In this document: piece after piece, positions 9,449 to 19,895 of the stretch
Layout of the letters: every line of letters starts with the position of its first letter
Numbering within the stretch: the first letter of the stretch is position 1
DNA from: a virus
Virus record (IMG/VR): IMGVR_UViG_3300045988_135160
DNA: 64,000 nucleotides
Direction: 5' to 3' (one strand)
Translations under genes and position numbers: made by a program
Notes under the pieces: generated by a model
What the model saw: the letters and a program-made list of their open reading frames with translations, nothing else
Databases searched by the model: none
What the model was told of the DNA's origin: nothing

Positions 9449-11707
9449 ATGGGTGTCAAATGTCAGATAGAAAAAAAGGAAAATGAAATAAAACGGGTTA
9501 AGGCTCCTAACGGGGAGCCTTCCGTTCTTTACGAAAGTGCTTTAAAAGTATTAGGAAACAGCGAGCGGGCTCTTCAGGTATGGGCTAAGGCTTACACTCC
9601 TGGTTTTTTGTCGTATTACGGTCATTGGAATAACCCGGCTCCAGGGGAGATATTTAATACCGATCCCAATGGCGAACCTCTTTTAGAAGACGTGCTGTCG
9701 TATATGAAGCGTCAGGCTTATTTTGCTGATCCTTTAACGGCTCAGGACATTAAGGATGTAAGGGATTTCCTTTTGTCTACTCATTATTTTTTCAATGCGT
9801 CTTCATTGTCTAATGCTATCCTCTTCGATTTTTATGTAGATGGCAGTTTGATACTGAATGAGCAGAAATTAAGGAGATCCGGTTTGTATGATGAAACAGA
9901 AATAAGTCGTATTTTATCCGATCCTTCTGTTTTAAACGAGGTTTTGACTTCCATGAGAAAGTTAATAGATTCTTCTATTAACGAACATGATAGGGAAAAA
10001 GATAATTATTTTATGTCTATTGACTATCAGTATGGTCCTATTGTTTACAAGGAGGGAGTGTTTAACCAATTTGGTAAAAAGGTACCATATAATCCTTCTG
10101 AGCTTTATTATGCTATGCGTAAAACAGTAGCCGGCATAAAAAACTTTTCTGAATTTTCATCTGCTTTTGAATCGTTGAGAAATTCCTATCCTGAACTGGT
10201 TGAGAAATTCGTTTCTGATAAAGAATTTGCCGAATCTATGTTTGATGAGTTCTCATCTACGAATAAGATTCCGGTAATAAACATAGAAGGGGATGATGTG
10301 GTAGAAGGCAAGAGAAGATCCTTGTCTAAGTTACAAGATCTGTCTTATTACAATCCTGGCAAAATAGAGTTCCTAAGAGCTCGTATATCAGCTTATTTAC
10401 ATAGGGCTAATGCCGACACCGAATCCGATTTAAGAAGCATGATATGGGATATAGAAGAGGCTTGTACGTGGTTTGGCATAGATATAATAGGGACATCGGA
10501 AACTTATGATGGCACAGAAGAATCTTTGAATAAGATAGATAATTTGATGCTGGATCTTGATATTTATGTGGCCAGGCATAATGATGTAAATTATGCTCCA
10601 ACGCTGGCATCTTCTATAGATGATGTTCTTGGTGATAGCACAGATTATTATTCTGAATTATTGCCGGAGTATATGGATAATTTGAATATCGTTTATTCTG
10701 AATCCAATATAGACCCAGTAGAAGCGTTTGAGAAACATTCATTGCTTAAGGTAGGAGATAATCTATATCAAAGGATCAGCAAAGATGATATTAACGAGAT
10801 GTATCAAATATCAACAGTGTTAGCCAAGCACAACCTAACTCATTTTTCTACTAAAATATATCCTGAATCTTGTTTTAAGAACGGCGTTTTGGATAAAGAG
10901 AAAGTACGGAACGTAGATAATAATACGCTCATGGCTTCCATTAAAAAATACGTCAGATCGTTCATGGATTCTCAGAACACGGAGGACATGATAATGACCA
11001 GGATGGCGTTTGGACACCCGGCGGTACTTGACGTTCCTTACGTGGATGTGGATCGGGAGTATAGTCGATACATGAACAAAAAACAAGATAGCGAAAACCC
11101 ATTATCCTTATTCGATTTATACCAATCTTACCTTGACAACAAACTCCATAAAACAAAATTATATGATAATGCCTATAAGTATCTTGACTTCAAACCTGGT
11201 CCATCTTTGGGTCTTATTTCTGATGATCCTGATATTTTGAAATCAATAGAATTATCTTTATCTGGAAAAGACAGGTTGATGTTGTTTGATTATAGCATGA
11301 CCAGTACCGACCCTTCTTTATCAGAATTGTTTTATTTGGAGAAGTATGACTCTTCGTATGCCGGGAATGATTTTGAACACTATTTTTACACCAGGCACCC
11401 GTATCTGTTAAAAGAAAAATCGGGCCCTAATATCGTAGAGCAAGATGGTGTTATAACAGCCGAAGGTATTTATGATAATTTTATAAGAGTAGGTAATAAG
11501 ATATGGTCTAAAGTAAGCGAGAGTAGTTCCGGCTCTATCTACCAAAATCTAACAGGAACCGAATCGGAGGTGAAATACGATTCTACTCAGAAGGCTAAGA
11601 CGGTAGAAACCGATTACGCTCCATACCAAAACAGATCTGGCTTGACGCAAGATATGACCGTAAGCAAGTCTGAATTGGATGATCTTAATAAATTGGAATG
11701 CAAATAA
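9449..11707 (+). CDS. hypothetical 752-aa protein; probable C-terminal body of an MRRRF-family gene split by the TnpB-1 insertion
   Basis: Long ORF with no recognisable motif. The in-frame fusion to the MRRRF mini-ORF at 8010 after removing the TnpB-1 element is an inference from the sequence. Confidence 0.7.
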   Translation: MGVKCQIEKKENEIKRVKAPNGEPSVLYESALKVLGNSERALQVWAKAYTPGFLSYYGHWNNPAPGEIFNTDPNGEPLLEDVLSYMKRQAYFADPLTAQDIKDVRDFLLSTHYFFNASSLSNAILFDFYVDGSLILNEQKLRRSGLYDETEISRILSDPSVLNEVLTSMRKLIDSSINEHDREKDNYFMSIDYQYGPIVYKEGVFNQFGKKVPYNPSELYYAMRKTVAGIKNFSEFSSAFESLRNSYPELVEKFVSDKEFAESMFDEFSSTNKIPVINIEGDDVVEGKRRSLSKLQDLSYYNPGKIEFLRARISAYLHRANADTESDLRSMIWDIEEACTWFGIDIIGTSETYDGTEESLNKIDNLMLDLDIYVARHNDVNYAPTLASSIDDVLGDSTDYYSELLPEYMDNLNIVYSESNIDPVEAFEKHSLLKVGDNLYQRISKDDINEMYQISTVLAKHNLTHFSTKIYPESCFKNGVLDKEKVRNVDNNTLMASIKKYVRSFMDSQNTEDMIMTRMAFGHPAVLDVPYVDVDREYSRYMNKKQDSENPLSLFDLYQSYLDNKLHKTKLYDNAYKYLDFKPGPSLGLISDDPDILKSIELSLSGKDRLMLFDYSMTSTDPSLSELFYLEKYDSSYAGNDFEHYFYTRHPYLLKEKSGPNIVEQDGVITAEGIYDNFIRVGNKIWSKVSESSSGSIYQNLTGTESEVKYDSTQKAKTVETDYAPYQNRSGLTQDMTVSKSELDDLNKLECK

Positions 11708-11751
11708 TTTTTGTATATATATAATATATTTTTTTCATAATTACGATTTGG

Positions 11752-11783
11752 GAAGTGAGGCTTGTGAAAGTCTCACTTTTCTC
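11752..11783 (+). terminator. hairpin with GNRA-like GTGA tetraloop downstream of the 752-aa gene (terminator-like)
   Basis: GAAGTGAGGCTT-GTGA-AAGTCTCACTTT makes a roughly 12-bp stem followed by a T-rich tract. Confidence 0.45.
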
Positions 11784-11917
11784 ATATATGTACGTATATC
11801 AATAACATACAAGAAAAGTTAGATTTTCATTGTTTATGAATTATTTTTGTTAAGTTTGCAATATTAGTTTCAGGAAGGGATTATGGAAAGGTGATTATAT
11901 ACCAAAAATAAAACAAT

Positions 11918-12268
11918 ATGGGATTTATAATCAGAAAGTCAATCATTTATAATATGATGGACGGCAATCAATTAAATTATGAATTTGACAACAGGGATTT
12001 AGATCATATCACATTTAAAGGTGATGGTAAAGAACCTTTTTCATTTAACAGAGTCCTTGTTGAAAATTTAATTGAGACATTTGAGACTATGCAAGATATA
12101 TACTCTGATAATTACGGAATTAAGGTTTATACCGGTAATTGCATAATTCAACTGAATGTAAATCCAAAGAACTTAAGTGAATCCTTTTTTGACGTATATG
12201 ATAGAGATGGGATGAAATTGATATATAGCATACAAAATAGTATCTTGAAAGAAATGTTTGTCATATGA
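11918..12268 (+). CDS. hypothetical protein (116 aa)
   Basis: ORF track. A partial copy of the 24-mer (GGTGATTATATACC, 11890-11903) lies just upstream. Confidence 0.4.
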   Translation: MGFIIRKSIIYNMMDGNQLNYEFDNRDLDHITFKGDGKEPFSFNRVLVENLIETFETMQDIYSDNYGIKVYTGNCIIQLNVNPKNLSESFFDVYDRDGMKLIYSIQNSILKEMFVI

Positions 12269-12582
12269 TTACTAAACAAGATATACAAGCAGCAGCATCG
12301 TATATTTTCCGAAGCAGTTTTGTCTCGGAGGACCAGGCAAGGAAAGCAATGGTAAAAGCCGGCAATAACGCTACCAAGATCCTCGTCAAGACCTTTAGAG
12401 GCAAGTTGTTCAAGAAAGCTTTTGAAAGAGCCCGTAGAGGAAAGGATATCAGTTCTTTTGAAAGACAGGAAAAAGAAAGTGGTTTCAATTTTCTACATAA
12501 TCCTAATAATGGTCGTATGCAAAGCGGTCATATTATAATAGATGGAATTGGTCTGTTTAAACAAATAATTCATGAAAGGTAA
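12265..12582 (+). CDS. hypothetical basic protein (105 aa)
   Basis: ORF with a 4-nt overlap onto the previous gene. Followed by a strong terminator. Confidence 0.4.
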   Translation: MITKQDIQAAASYIFRSSFVSEDQARKAMVKAGNNATKILVKTFRGKLFKKAFERARRGKDISSFERQEKESGFNFLHNPNNGRMQSGHIIIDGIGLFKQIIHER

Positions 12583-12748
12583 AAAAGTTGATATTCGTTT
12601 AGGCAGAGGTCTGGCGAATCAGATTAAGATAAACAAAACCATTCCAGTGTCTCATAAACCAAAAGAAGAACGTCGAATGATGTTTATTTGTGGTGATGAT
12701 ATTGCTTCTCTTATAAAGCGGTTTGAAAACGAATCAAAGTAATATAAA

Positions 12749-12778
12749 GTCGGACATGTGTCTTGTCCGACTTTTTTT
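12749..12778 (+). terminator. rho-independent terminator
   Basis: GTCGGACA-tgtgtct-TGTCCGAC stem followed by a T7 run. Confidence 0.7.
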
Positions 12779-13258
12779 ATATATTTGTGGCATGGCAAGA
12801 GGTTATTATTGGATACCACAAACAGATGAAACGTTAAATGGCAGAAGCTATTACGTGGCTAAGATAGTAGGAGATATCACGTTTGATACTAAACGAAAAA
12901 GAATCGTATTTCAAGCTGATAGGTATTTCCCTGTAGGATCTGTTTTCCATTTTACGCACAATTGCTTCAATTATATCATAACTTGCCGACTTCGTAAGCC
13001 GGGGCTTTGGTTTGAAGCCAGGAGAGAGGATTCGGGCCCTATTTGCCCTGAAGATATTGAGCGCTTTGAATCGGGAAGGTTTATACACCGAGATGGGTAC
13101 ATGCATTACATATAAGCTGAACTTGACGATTTTTCGTCAGATTATAATTTTTTTTTCATATTATTTTTAAGCCATCAGACTGAGAAGTTAGGTGGCTTTA
13201 TTTTTTATGATATGCTTTATTTTTAACTACCTTTGTCTCATAACAAAAATGTTTTATC

Positions 13259-16200
13259 ATGGTATCAACGTGTATTATTAAAAGAGATAATAAAAAGAAA
13301 GTTGTTTCTGTCTCTACCAGATCAGGGGACAGGTCTATGTTGTTTGATAAGATAGCATCTATTCCTCTTATGGAGAACAGGGAACGGGCTACTACTGTTT
13401 TTAAAACCGTATTTTCTAATAAGTTCTTAAAGGATTTTGGCGACTGGAGAAAGAGAGTGCCTATCAACAAACCGGCTTATAATAAGGTTAAATCCAACAT
13501 TGATCTTATTCCGGAAGCTTATAGAGAAAGGGTACTGGATAAGGCTTCTAAGATGAGCAACCCTATTCTTGTGTCAAAATCAGATACACCTTATGGAATC
13601 CGAGAATCGGGCTTTGGATTCTACAGCCAAGATCTGGGTGATAATATTATGTTGGTGGATGCTATGGTTCCGTCAAGTATTTCCGTACCGGAAGGACCTG
13701 GAATAGACGCCGGGCAGTATTTACAAGATGCTATATCTTCGGACTTCACTCCCGTATCTATGGTACAGGATAAGGGTGTTAATTATATGGTTATAAAAGA
13801 CGGTCTTAAGATATTTAGCCCAGAAGAGTTACCACAGACAGATTCTAATCCTGTGGGTGTAACGTATCATACTGGAGAGCCTCGTTTGTTTTTCATGAAC
13901 GATCGTAGTCAATTATTTGAAGATTACGGAGAAGCTCTTCGCTCTGGAGGGAATGATATTAGAATAGGATTCTTATCCGGCACCGTTCAAGAATCTGCCG
14001 TGGATGGCGTGGCAGACATTACTTACAAGGCTGGAAAGTATGTTCTTAATAATCCCAAGTCTTTTATACCGGTCATGACCGCTTCTGCTTCTACTTCTTT
14101 ATCAACAAAAGGTGGTATAATTAACTACCTTATAAAGAAAGGTCTTTTGTCCGGATCCAAGATATTCGATCCGGAAACAAGAAGCTATTATATTACAGGA
14201 GAAGGACATACAGGACAAATTAGACTTTTCAATTCAGCCTTATCCTACACTGAGCTCCGTAATCATTTTGGTTCCGATGTTTCCATGAACGACCAGGGTA
14301 TGATAACCATAAATTCATTGGATAATAGTAAGGTAACTATGAGACTCGCCACCGGAGGAACAGAAAGAGTTAGCAAGGAGCAGATAAAGAGCGATCTTAA
14401 GTCTGGAAGATACAATGAATTGGATGCTAAATACGATCACTTTGATGCGCTTGTAGTTTCATTTATATTAGAAGACAATGATCTTTATGCTGATACTAAA
14501 GCTAAGATAGTATCGGATTATAGCCAAGAGGAACGTAATCAACGAAATTCTATTGTTGAGATACTGAAAACGCTGGGCGTTAGTGTCGTTGGCATGACCG
14601 ATTATATAGAGAAGTACCAAACTAAATACGGACACGAACCTTCTGCTAAGGCATTGGCGGATATTGCCAATAACGTAATAGCAGTCGGTGAAGATGCTAC
14701 TTTGTCTGACTTAGTAGAAGAAACAGCACACTTTCTCGTAGAGGCGTACAGAGATCAGAATGCTGTTGAATCTGTTTTGCAAGATGTAGAAGGCACTGAA
14801 GAATGGAATCAGTATGCAGGTCAGTATTATAATACATACGGTAAGGTATATGAAGGCTCTGAACTTGATAATGCTGTTAGGAGAGAAATTCTTGGAAAGA
14901 TCCTCGCCAGGGAGATGCAGACCGGCACAGCACAGGCGCCGGTAGAGCCCACCTCCTTCCTGGGGCGCGTCCGGCAGCTTTTCTCTGGAATCGTAAGCTG
15001 GCTTAAATCAGCTTTATCAACCCAAAGACAAGATTTGAATAACGTTATTAAAAACATTCGTGATCTTGCCATTACTGACATAGATAAAGGATTTGACACC
15101 TCTCTGTTAAAGGATAATGACTTTACATTATACTCCCTTTCTTCTATGAACAAGAACAAGTTTCTTGAGTCTAAGATCCTGGCATTAAGGAAAACATTAA
15201 GAGACTTACGTCAGATAAGCTCTGATAGGGCTGTAACTACGTCTATGACCCTTGCTCAGCTTAAGACCATAGAAGATAAGATAAATAAGGTAGAGACCGA
15301 AATAGACAAGAATGAGATGGCGGCTGCCATGAACAGCATGATCTCTACAGCCGAAGCTCAGGTCAGATACTTAAGCAATGTGGTGAACACCATCCTTCAT
15401 GGTGATACCAAAGACGGTAAGCTTCACTTCAATACCAATGATCGAAAGAACGTAGATATTATCAACAATCAGGTTCTTCCGATCATGAACGATCTTCGAG
15501 GATATATCCGTAACAGAAGTACCGAATTTGATGAACGTGAAAAGCAGGATTATACAAATAGGATCAATACCGTCATTGCCGACATCAATGGTATTCAGTC
15601 TGATATTAAATCAGTACAAGACCTTGATGAAAGTACGTTGCTTGATAAGTTAATGAACGAACTTCATGTGCCGGCAGATAAGGTAAAGAGAGTAAAAGAA
15701 TTTTTCGACAAGGTTCAACACGATGTTTCTTGGATAAGTAGGTGGTTCGGTATATTAGAGCATTCTTCCAGTCCGTTCAATAACGCTCTTGGAGCTATGA
15801 TTGCCAAAGACAATTACAATGCGATGGTGAATGCCCAGCCCGCCATATCCGATTTCCTGGCATATGCGAAAAAGCATGGTTTTAACAAATCTGAATTTGA
15901 AAAACTGCTTCAGAAAGTAGACGGCAAAACTTCTAATTACCTTCGTAGTGCTCTTGATATGGCTAAATACGATCGTAATAAGAAGCTGGCGCAGATGCGA
16001 GCGTTTGCGACTGCCATGAACATAGAGATATCAGAAGAAGAAATTGGTGATGTGGTTGACAATAACCGTAATTACGTATTTAAAAGAGAAGTAGTTGACA
16101 AGGATGGAAATACGGTTACTGAAAACGCTAAATTCAAACCATCGTCTGATAGGGTTAATACCGATATTTTTACCATCGAGCAGGAAAAGATCTATACAGA

Positions 16201-19200
16201 GCAGATGGAAAAGTGGGATGCTGAAAATTCGGAACTGGAATTTAGCGAAAGTTATGCCACAAGAATGGAATCCATATACAAAAAGGCTGAAGAAGAATTA
16301 GGGTATCCGGTTTCTCAAACAACCAAAGAATATCTTAATGCCCTATCCCGGCAAAAACGGATATTGAGGCAGCCTTTTATTGATAGCGGTGGTAATTTTG
16401 ATGAGGTTGCCTATTTTAAAAGCAGCAATTACGAAGAAGAAGGACTGCTTCGTAAACAACGTAAGGAAGCAGCTTCAGAATACATATATGTAGGAACCAG
16501 GAGAGTGGAAAAAACCGGCGACCAACTTAAGATGGCCAAAGAAATACAAGCTATAAATGAAGTTTGGAGAAAGGAATCAAATAATGCCACTAATGCCGTA
16601 TCAGAATCGTTTTTGCAAAAATTAAGAACGATTCAGAGCGAGTCTGGAGGAGAAGCTGCGCTGAAGACACTTATGTTGGGAGGTCACCTGTCATTCAACG
16701 ATCGGTTTTGGAATGATGTAGAATCAGAACAGTCGGCACGTACCGAATCAAATAACAAGGCTTCGTATCTTAAAATGGCGCATGATATCATTAGTTCTAC
16801 GACAAGTGATAGAGATGCGACTGACGTGGATTCTATTGTGAAAGATATAGAAAAAAATAAGGCTATTATCAAGGAAATAATCGGAAACAATCGCGATGTG
16901 GCTGATATCGGAGAAATTAACGAAGCGACATTTACCTCATCCGAAAGAGATGCTTTTAGGGCCGCATCTGAAGCTATTGAAGCCGATTACGCTATTTTGA
17001 TAGATTATGCTAAGATGGTGGGTCTTGAAGATATTGATAAGTACCTTACTAAAAGCAGTAAGGCTGAAAACGAAGTAAATCAGTCTTATTTAAATGCTCT
17101 TGCTGACTCCAAGGAAGTGGAATGGAAGTTCGTACAACGTCATACTACGGCGAAGAAAGCAAAAAGGATTCAGGCTTTAAGGGATAAGCTGTTTAAGGCT
17201 GCTGATAACCGATATCTGTTTACCGTATCTGAAACCAACTACCTGTCAGAAAAGCTTGGTATAAGCAAAGAATTAGACGGTAGAGATTTCAGGAATGCTG
17301 TTAATGCTAAGATGGCCAGCTTATTTTTAAATAATACAAGAGAAGAGGGCGTAGAAGAAGCTAATGCTATTGTTAATGAATTTGCCAGAAGCCAGGTTTT
17401 TTCGTACTATAAACGCATGGCGCCTACCGGATATGCAGCTATGATCGACAAAATCGGTCGAGGTGAGATAGATGTGGCGCAAATGGTTAAGGACGTACAA
17501 AACGGTACATCCACCCAAGATTATGGCATGGACATATCGTACTTGTCTTTCGACCCTGCAAGGGCATGGGTGGCTGAATCTGAAGCCGAAAATAGCGGTC
17601 GTAATCCTGATTATGTAAAAGATCATGGGTATGGTCATCGAATGCCTAAGAAAAGCCTGTATCGTGACGAATCGTATTTCAATGACTTTGGTATCAAGTA
17701 TGATGCTGACGGTAATGAGGTTGCTACTAAAAACGTAGAGCAGTGGAATATGATTCAAAAACTCAAGGAAATAAAAAGACAATCCCTTGATCTATACAAA
17801 GAGCAGAGCCCGAACCTGTATGCTATTCCACAGATATCCAAACAAGATATAGAACGTGTAGAAGGATTGGGTATTAACTTCAAAAATACGGTTCGTAATT
17901 TTGTATCAGATCTGTGCCTGGACAGAGTAGACGATTCTCTATATGGTAAGACCAGGCAAGGAGAAGTGTATGATCCAGAAGACAGGCTTAGGTCTATACC
18001 TAAATACTACATATATGAATTGGAGAACCAAGATGATGTATCTCACGATTTTGGCTACTCTTATTCGATGCTTATGATGCAGTCATCGTTATACAACGAA
18101 AAGCAGAAGTCTATAGAGCTCGCTCAAGGACTGGAGCAGATGTTACTAAATAAACAATTTGAAGGTGGTAAAAAGGCTGAAGCAACCCAAGCATATCAGA
18201 TGTTCAGGGACTTCTTCAACGATCATTATTATGGCATTAGGATGAACACCAAAAAACTTACGGTGAACATCGGAGGATATACGGTAGACCTTACAAGAAT
18301 TATGATGGCTGTTGAAAGGTTTATGTCGGTCATGAACTTGGCACTGTCTCCATTTGTGGCAGCTACCGGCGCCCTTACCGGCCATATCAACCTCATCATG
18401 GAATCAGCCGTAGGACAGTATATAAGCAAAGATTCCCTTAAATACGCATCGGCTGAGTTTTCCCGTCTTGCGCCATCTTGTATAGCAGAAACCGGAGACA
18501 TAGATAGGAAAAGCAAATTATATGTCATAGGTGAGAGAATGGGGATATTCAATATCCGAAATCGTATGTATGGTGCCGGATACAATAGAGCGGCCAGGAC
18601 CTTAATGCGTTCGCCTATGTATGCTTTTATGGAAATCCTGAACTACCCTCTTGATCCGCAGGTTATGATTGCTACTATGGACAATGTTCGTTATTACAAA
18701 GGCCGGTTCTACACGTTCCAAGATTTCAAGATGGAAAAAGAACGTAATAAAGAACAGAGTACCATAAAAAGAGAATGGAATGCATTAAAAGATCGTACTT
18801 TATGGAGTATGGTAGACGTCGTGGATGGGAAGGTGGTTGTAAAGCCAGGATCGGGTGTTACTGTTGAGGAAGTTGAAACCCAGATGGCTATAACCAGAAA
18901 TCAAGTTCGTAGCTTGTCGCAGATATGTAACGGATCTTTGAATGAAGAAAACCGAACTGCCGCATCGCGCAACTGGATAGCCAGGTTCATGACCGCCCAC
19001 CGAGGATGGTTGGTGCTGGCGGCTCAACGTCTGTGGAAAAGACGTGGCTTCAATTTCCAGACAATGCAAGAAGAGGAAGGGTTGTCAATTACGTTAAAGA
19101 ATATGATAGCCAAAACATTTAGCTTAGCTTCCGAGTCTGGTATGAAAAACATCATAGATGCCTGGAACGAAAATAAAGACAATATGAATGAGGTAGAGAA

Positions 19201-19681
19201 AACCAATATAAAACGTCTCAGTGTCTATGCCGGCACGTTCCTTATCATGCAAGCCGTATCCATGCTTCTTGCCGGATGGCGTGATGATGATGAAAACGAA
19301 GAAAGTTGGCTTACTCAATTTGGATCCTATGTCGGATTCAGAACCATAAACGAAATAGCTTCACAGATGCCGTTTATTATGGAGCTTAACGTTGTAGATA
19401 TCATTAACGACCCGTTTGTCATGGGGCGGAAGTTGAAGGATCTTACTGATCTTAGGAATTACTCACTTGATAAAGTAACATCCGGCACATACAAAGGAGA
19501 GTCTAAGTTATTTAGGCAACTCGCCAAACAGACGTTTATCAAACAATGGTATAATATCAAGACGCCGGAAGACGTAGCGCGTGCCTATAACTGGTGGCAG
19601 CAGACGAACAACAAGTCAATGATGTTTTTCATCGGTGCCACTCCTGATTCAGAAGGAGACGATGATGTGAGCTACAAGTAG
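13259..19681 (+). CDS. giant 2140-aa protein, probable virion/tail structural protein
   Basis: Uninterrupted 6.4-kb ORF that is coiled-coil rich. No DxDGD RNAP motif found, so it is not called a polymerase. Confidence 0.75.
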   Translation: MVSTCIIKRDNKKKVVSVSTRSGDRSMLFDKIASIPLMENRERATTVFKTVFSNKFLKDFGDWRKRVPINKPAYNKVKSNIDLIPEAYRERVLDKASKMSNPILVSKSDTPYGIRESGFGFYSQDLGDNIMLVDAMVPSSISVPEGPGIDAGQYLQDAISSDFTPVSMVQDKGVNYMVIKDGLKIFSPEELPQTDSNPVGVTYHTGEPRLFFMNDRSQLFEDYGEALRSGGNDIRIGFLSGTVQESAVDGVADITYKAGKYVLNNPKSFIPVMTASASTSLSTKGGIINYLIKKGLLSGSKIFDPETRSYYITGEGHTGQIRLFNSALSYTELRNHFGSDVSMNDQGMITINSLDNSKVTMRLATGGTERVSKEQIKSDLKSGRYNELDAKYDHFDALVVSFILEDNDLYADTKAKIVSDYSQEERNQRNSIVEILKTLGVSVVGMTDYIEKYQTKYGHEPSAKALADIANNVIAVGEDATLSDLVEETAHFLVEAYRDQNAVESVLQDVEGTEEWNQYAGQYYNTYGKVYEGSELDNAVRREILGKILAREMQTGTAQAPVEPTSFLGRVRQLFSGIVSWLKSALSTQRQDLNNVIKNIRDLAITDIDKGFDTSLLKDNDFTLYSLSSMNKNKFLESKILALRKTLRDLRQISSDRAVTTSMTLAQLKTIEDKINKVETEIDKNEMAAAMNSMISTAEAQVRYLSNVVNTILHGDTKDGKLHFNTNDRKNVDIINNQVLPIMNDLRGYIRNRSTEFDEREKQDYTNRINTVIADINGIQSDIKSVQDLDESTLLDKLMNELHVPADKVKRVKEFFDKVQHDVSWISRWFGILEHSSSPFNNALGAMIAKDNYNAMVNAQPAISDFLAYAKKHGFNKSEFEKLLQKVDGKTSNYLRSALDMAKYDRNKKLAQMRAFATAMNIEISEEEIGDVVDNNRNYVFKREVVDKDGNTVTENAKFKPSSDRVNTDIFTIEQEKIYTEQMEKWDAENSELEFSESYATRMESIYKKAEEELGYPVSQTTKEYLNALSRQKRILRQPFIDSGGNFDEVAYFKSSNYEEEGLLRKQRKEAASEYIYVGTRRVEKTGDQLKMAKEIQAINEVWRKESNNATNAVSESFLQKLRTIQSESGGEAALKTLMLGGHLSFNDRFWNDVESEQSARTESNNKASYLKMAHDIISSTTSDRDATDVDSIVKDIEKNKAIIKEIIGNNRDVADIGEINEATFTSSERDAFRAASEAIEADYAILIDYAKMVGLEDIDKYLTKSSKAENEVNQSYLNALADSKEVEWKFVQRHTTAKKAKRIQALRDKLFKAADNRYLFTVSETNYLSEKLGISKELDGRDFRNAVNAKMASLFLNNTREEGVEEANAIVNEFARSQVFSYYKRMAPTGYAAMIDKIGRGEIDVAQMVKDVQNGTSTQDYGMDISYLSFDPARAWVAESEAENSGRNPDYVKDHGYGHRMPKKSLYRDESYFNDFGIKYDADGNEVATKNVEQWNMIQKLKEIKRQSLDLYKEQSPNLYAIPQISKQDIERVEGLGINFKNTVRNFVSDLCLDRVDDSLYGKTRQGEVYDPEDRLRSIPKYYIYELENQDDVSHDFGYSYSMLMMQSSLYNEKQKSIELAQGLEQMLLNKQFEGGKKAEATQAYQMFRDFFNDHYYGIRMNTKKLTVNIGGYTVDLTRIMMAVERFMSVMNLALSPFVAATGALTGHINLIMESAVGQYISKDSLKYASAEFSRLAPSCIAETGDIDRKSKLYVIGERMGIFNIRNRMYGAGYNRAARTLMRSPMYAFMEILNYPLDPQVMIATMDNVRYYKGRFYTFQDFKMEKERNKEQSTIKREWNALKDRTLWSMVDVVDGKVVVKPGSGVTVEEVETQMAITRNQVRSLSQICNGSLNEENRTAASRNWIARFMTAHRGWLVLAAQRLWKRRGFNFQTMQEEEGLSITLKNMIAKTFSLASESGMKNIIDAWNENKDNMNEVEKTNIKRLSVYAGTFLIMQAVSMLLAGWRDDDENEESWLTQFGSYVGFRTINEIASQMPFIMELNVVDIINDPFVMGRKLKDLTDLRNYSLDKVTSGTYKGESKLFRQLAKQTFIKQWYNIKTPEDVARAYNWWQQTNNKSMMFFIGATPDSEGDDDVSYK

Positions 19682-19817
19682 ACGAAGAATATCGGACTTG
19701 CATTGTTTTTGTATGATTCCAATATGTTATATTAGCATCGTCAAAGAGTAGATTGTACGTTTTTTGTTCTTACTTGAAAGATTATGTAGGTTAAATTTTT
19801 TCTGAAATTGTTTTCTT

Positions 19818-19860
19818 ACCGGTTCTCAGTCAGAGATGATAGGGAACCGGTTTCTTTTAT
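19818..19860 (+). terminator. rho-independent terminator after the giant gene
   Basis: ACCGGTTC ... GAACCGGT stem followed by TTCTTTT. Confidence 0.5.
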
Positions 19861-19895
19861 GTTGTCAATTATTGCTATCTTGCAAACAAAAAATC

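Noticed and set aside
12723-13115. ORF 12723-13115 (130 aa, plus strand)
   Set aside because: It spans the strong rho-independent terminator at 12749-12778 and has an antisense ORF partner. It is more likely non-coding inter-operon DNA.
14827-19318. Antisense ORFs inside the 2140-aa gene (14827-15159, 16684-16890, 17327-17782, 18146-18585, 18800-19318)
   Set aside because: Same reasoning: nested in a 6.4-kb ORF and hydrophobic or low-complexity in translation.
1367-19681. Virion RNA polymerase assignment for either giant protein, and stop-codon reassignment
   Set aside because: No DxDGD or other polymerase catalytic motif was found by inspection. Both giant ORFs are intact under the standard genetic code, so there is no evidence for TAG or TGA recoding in this window.
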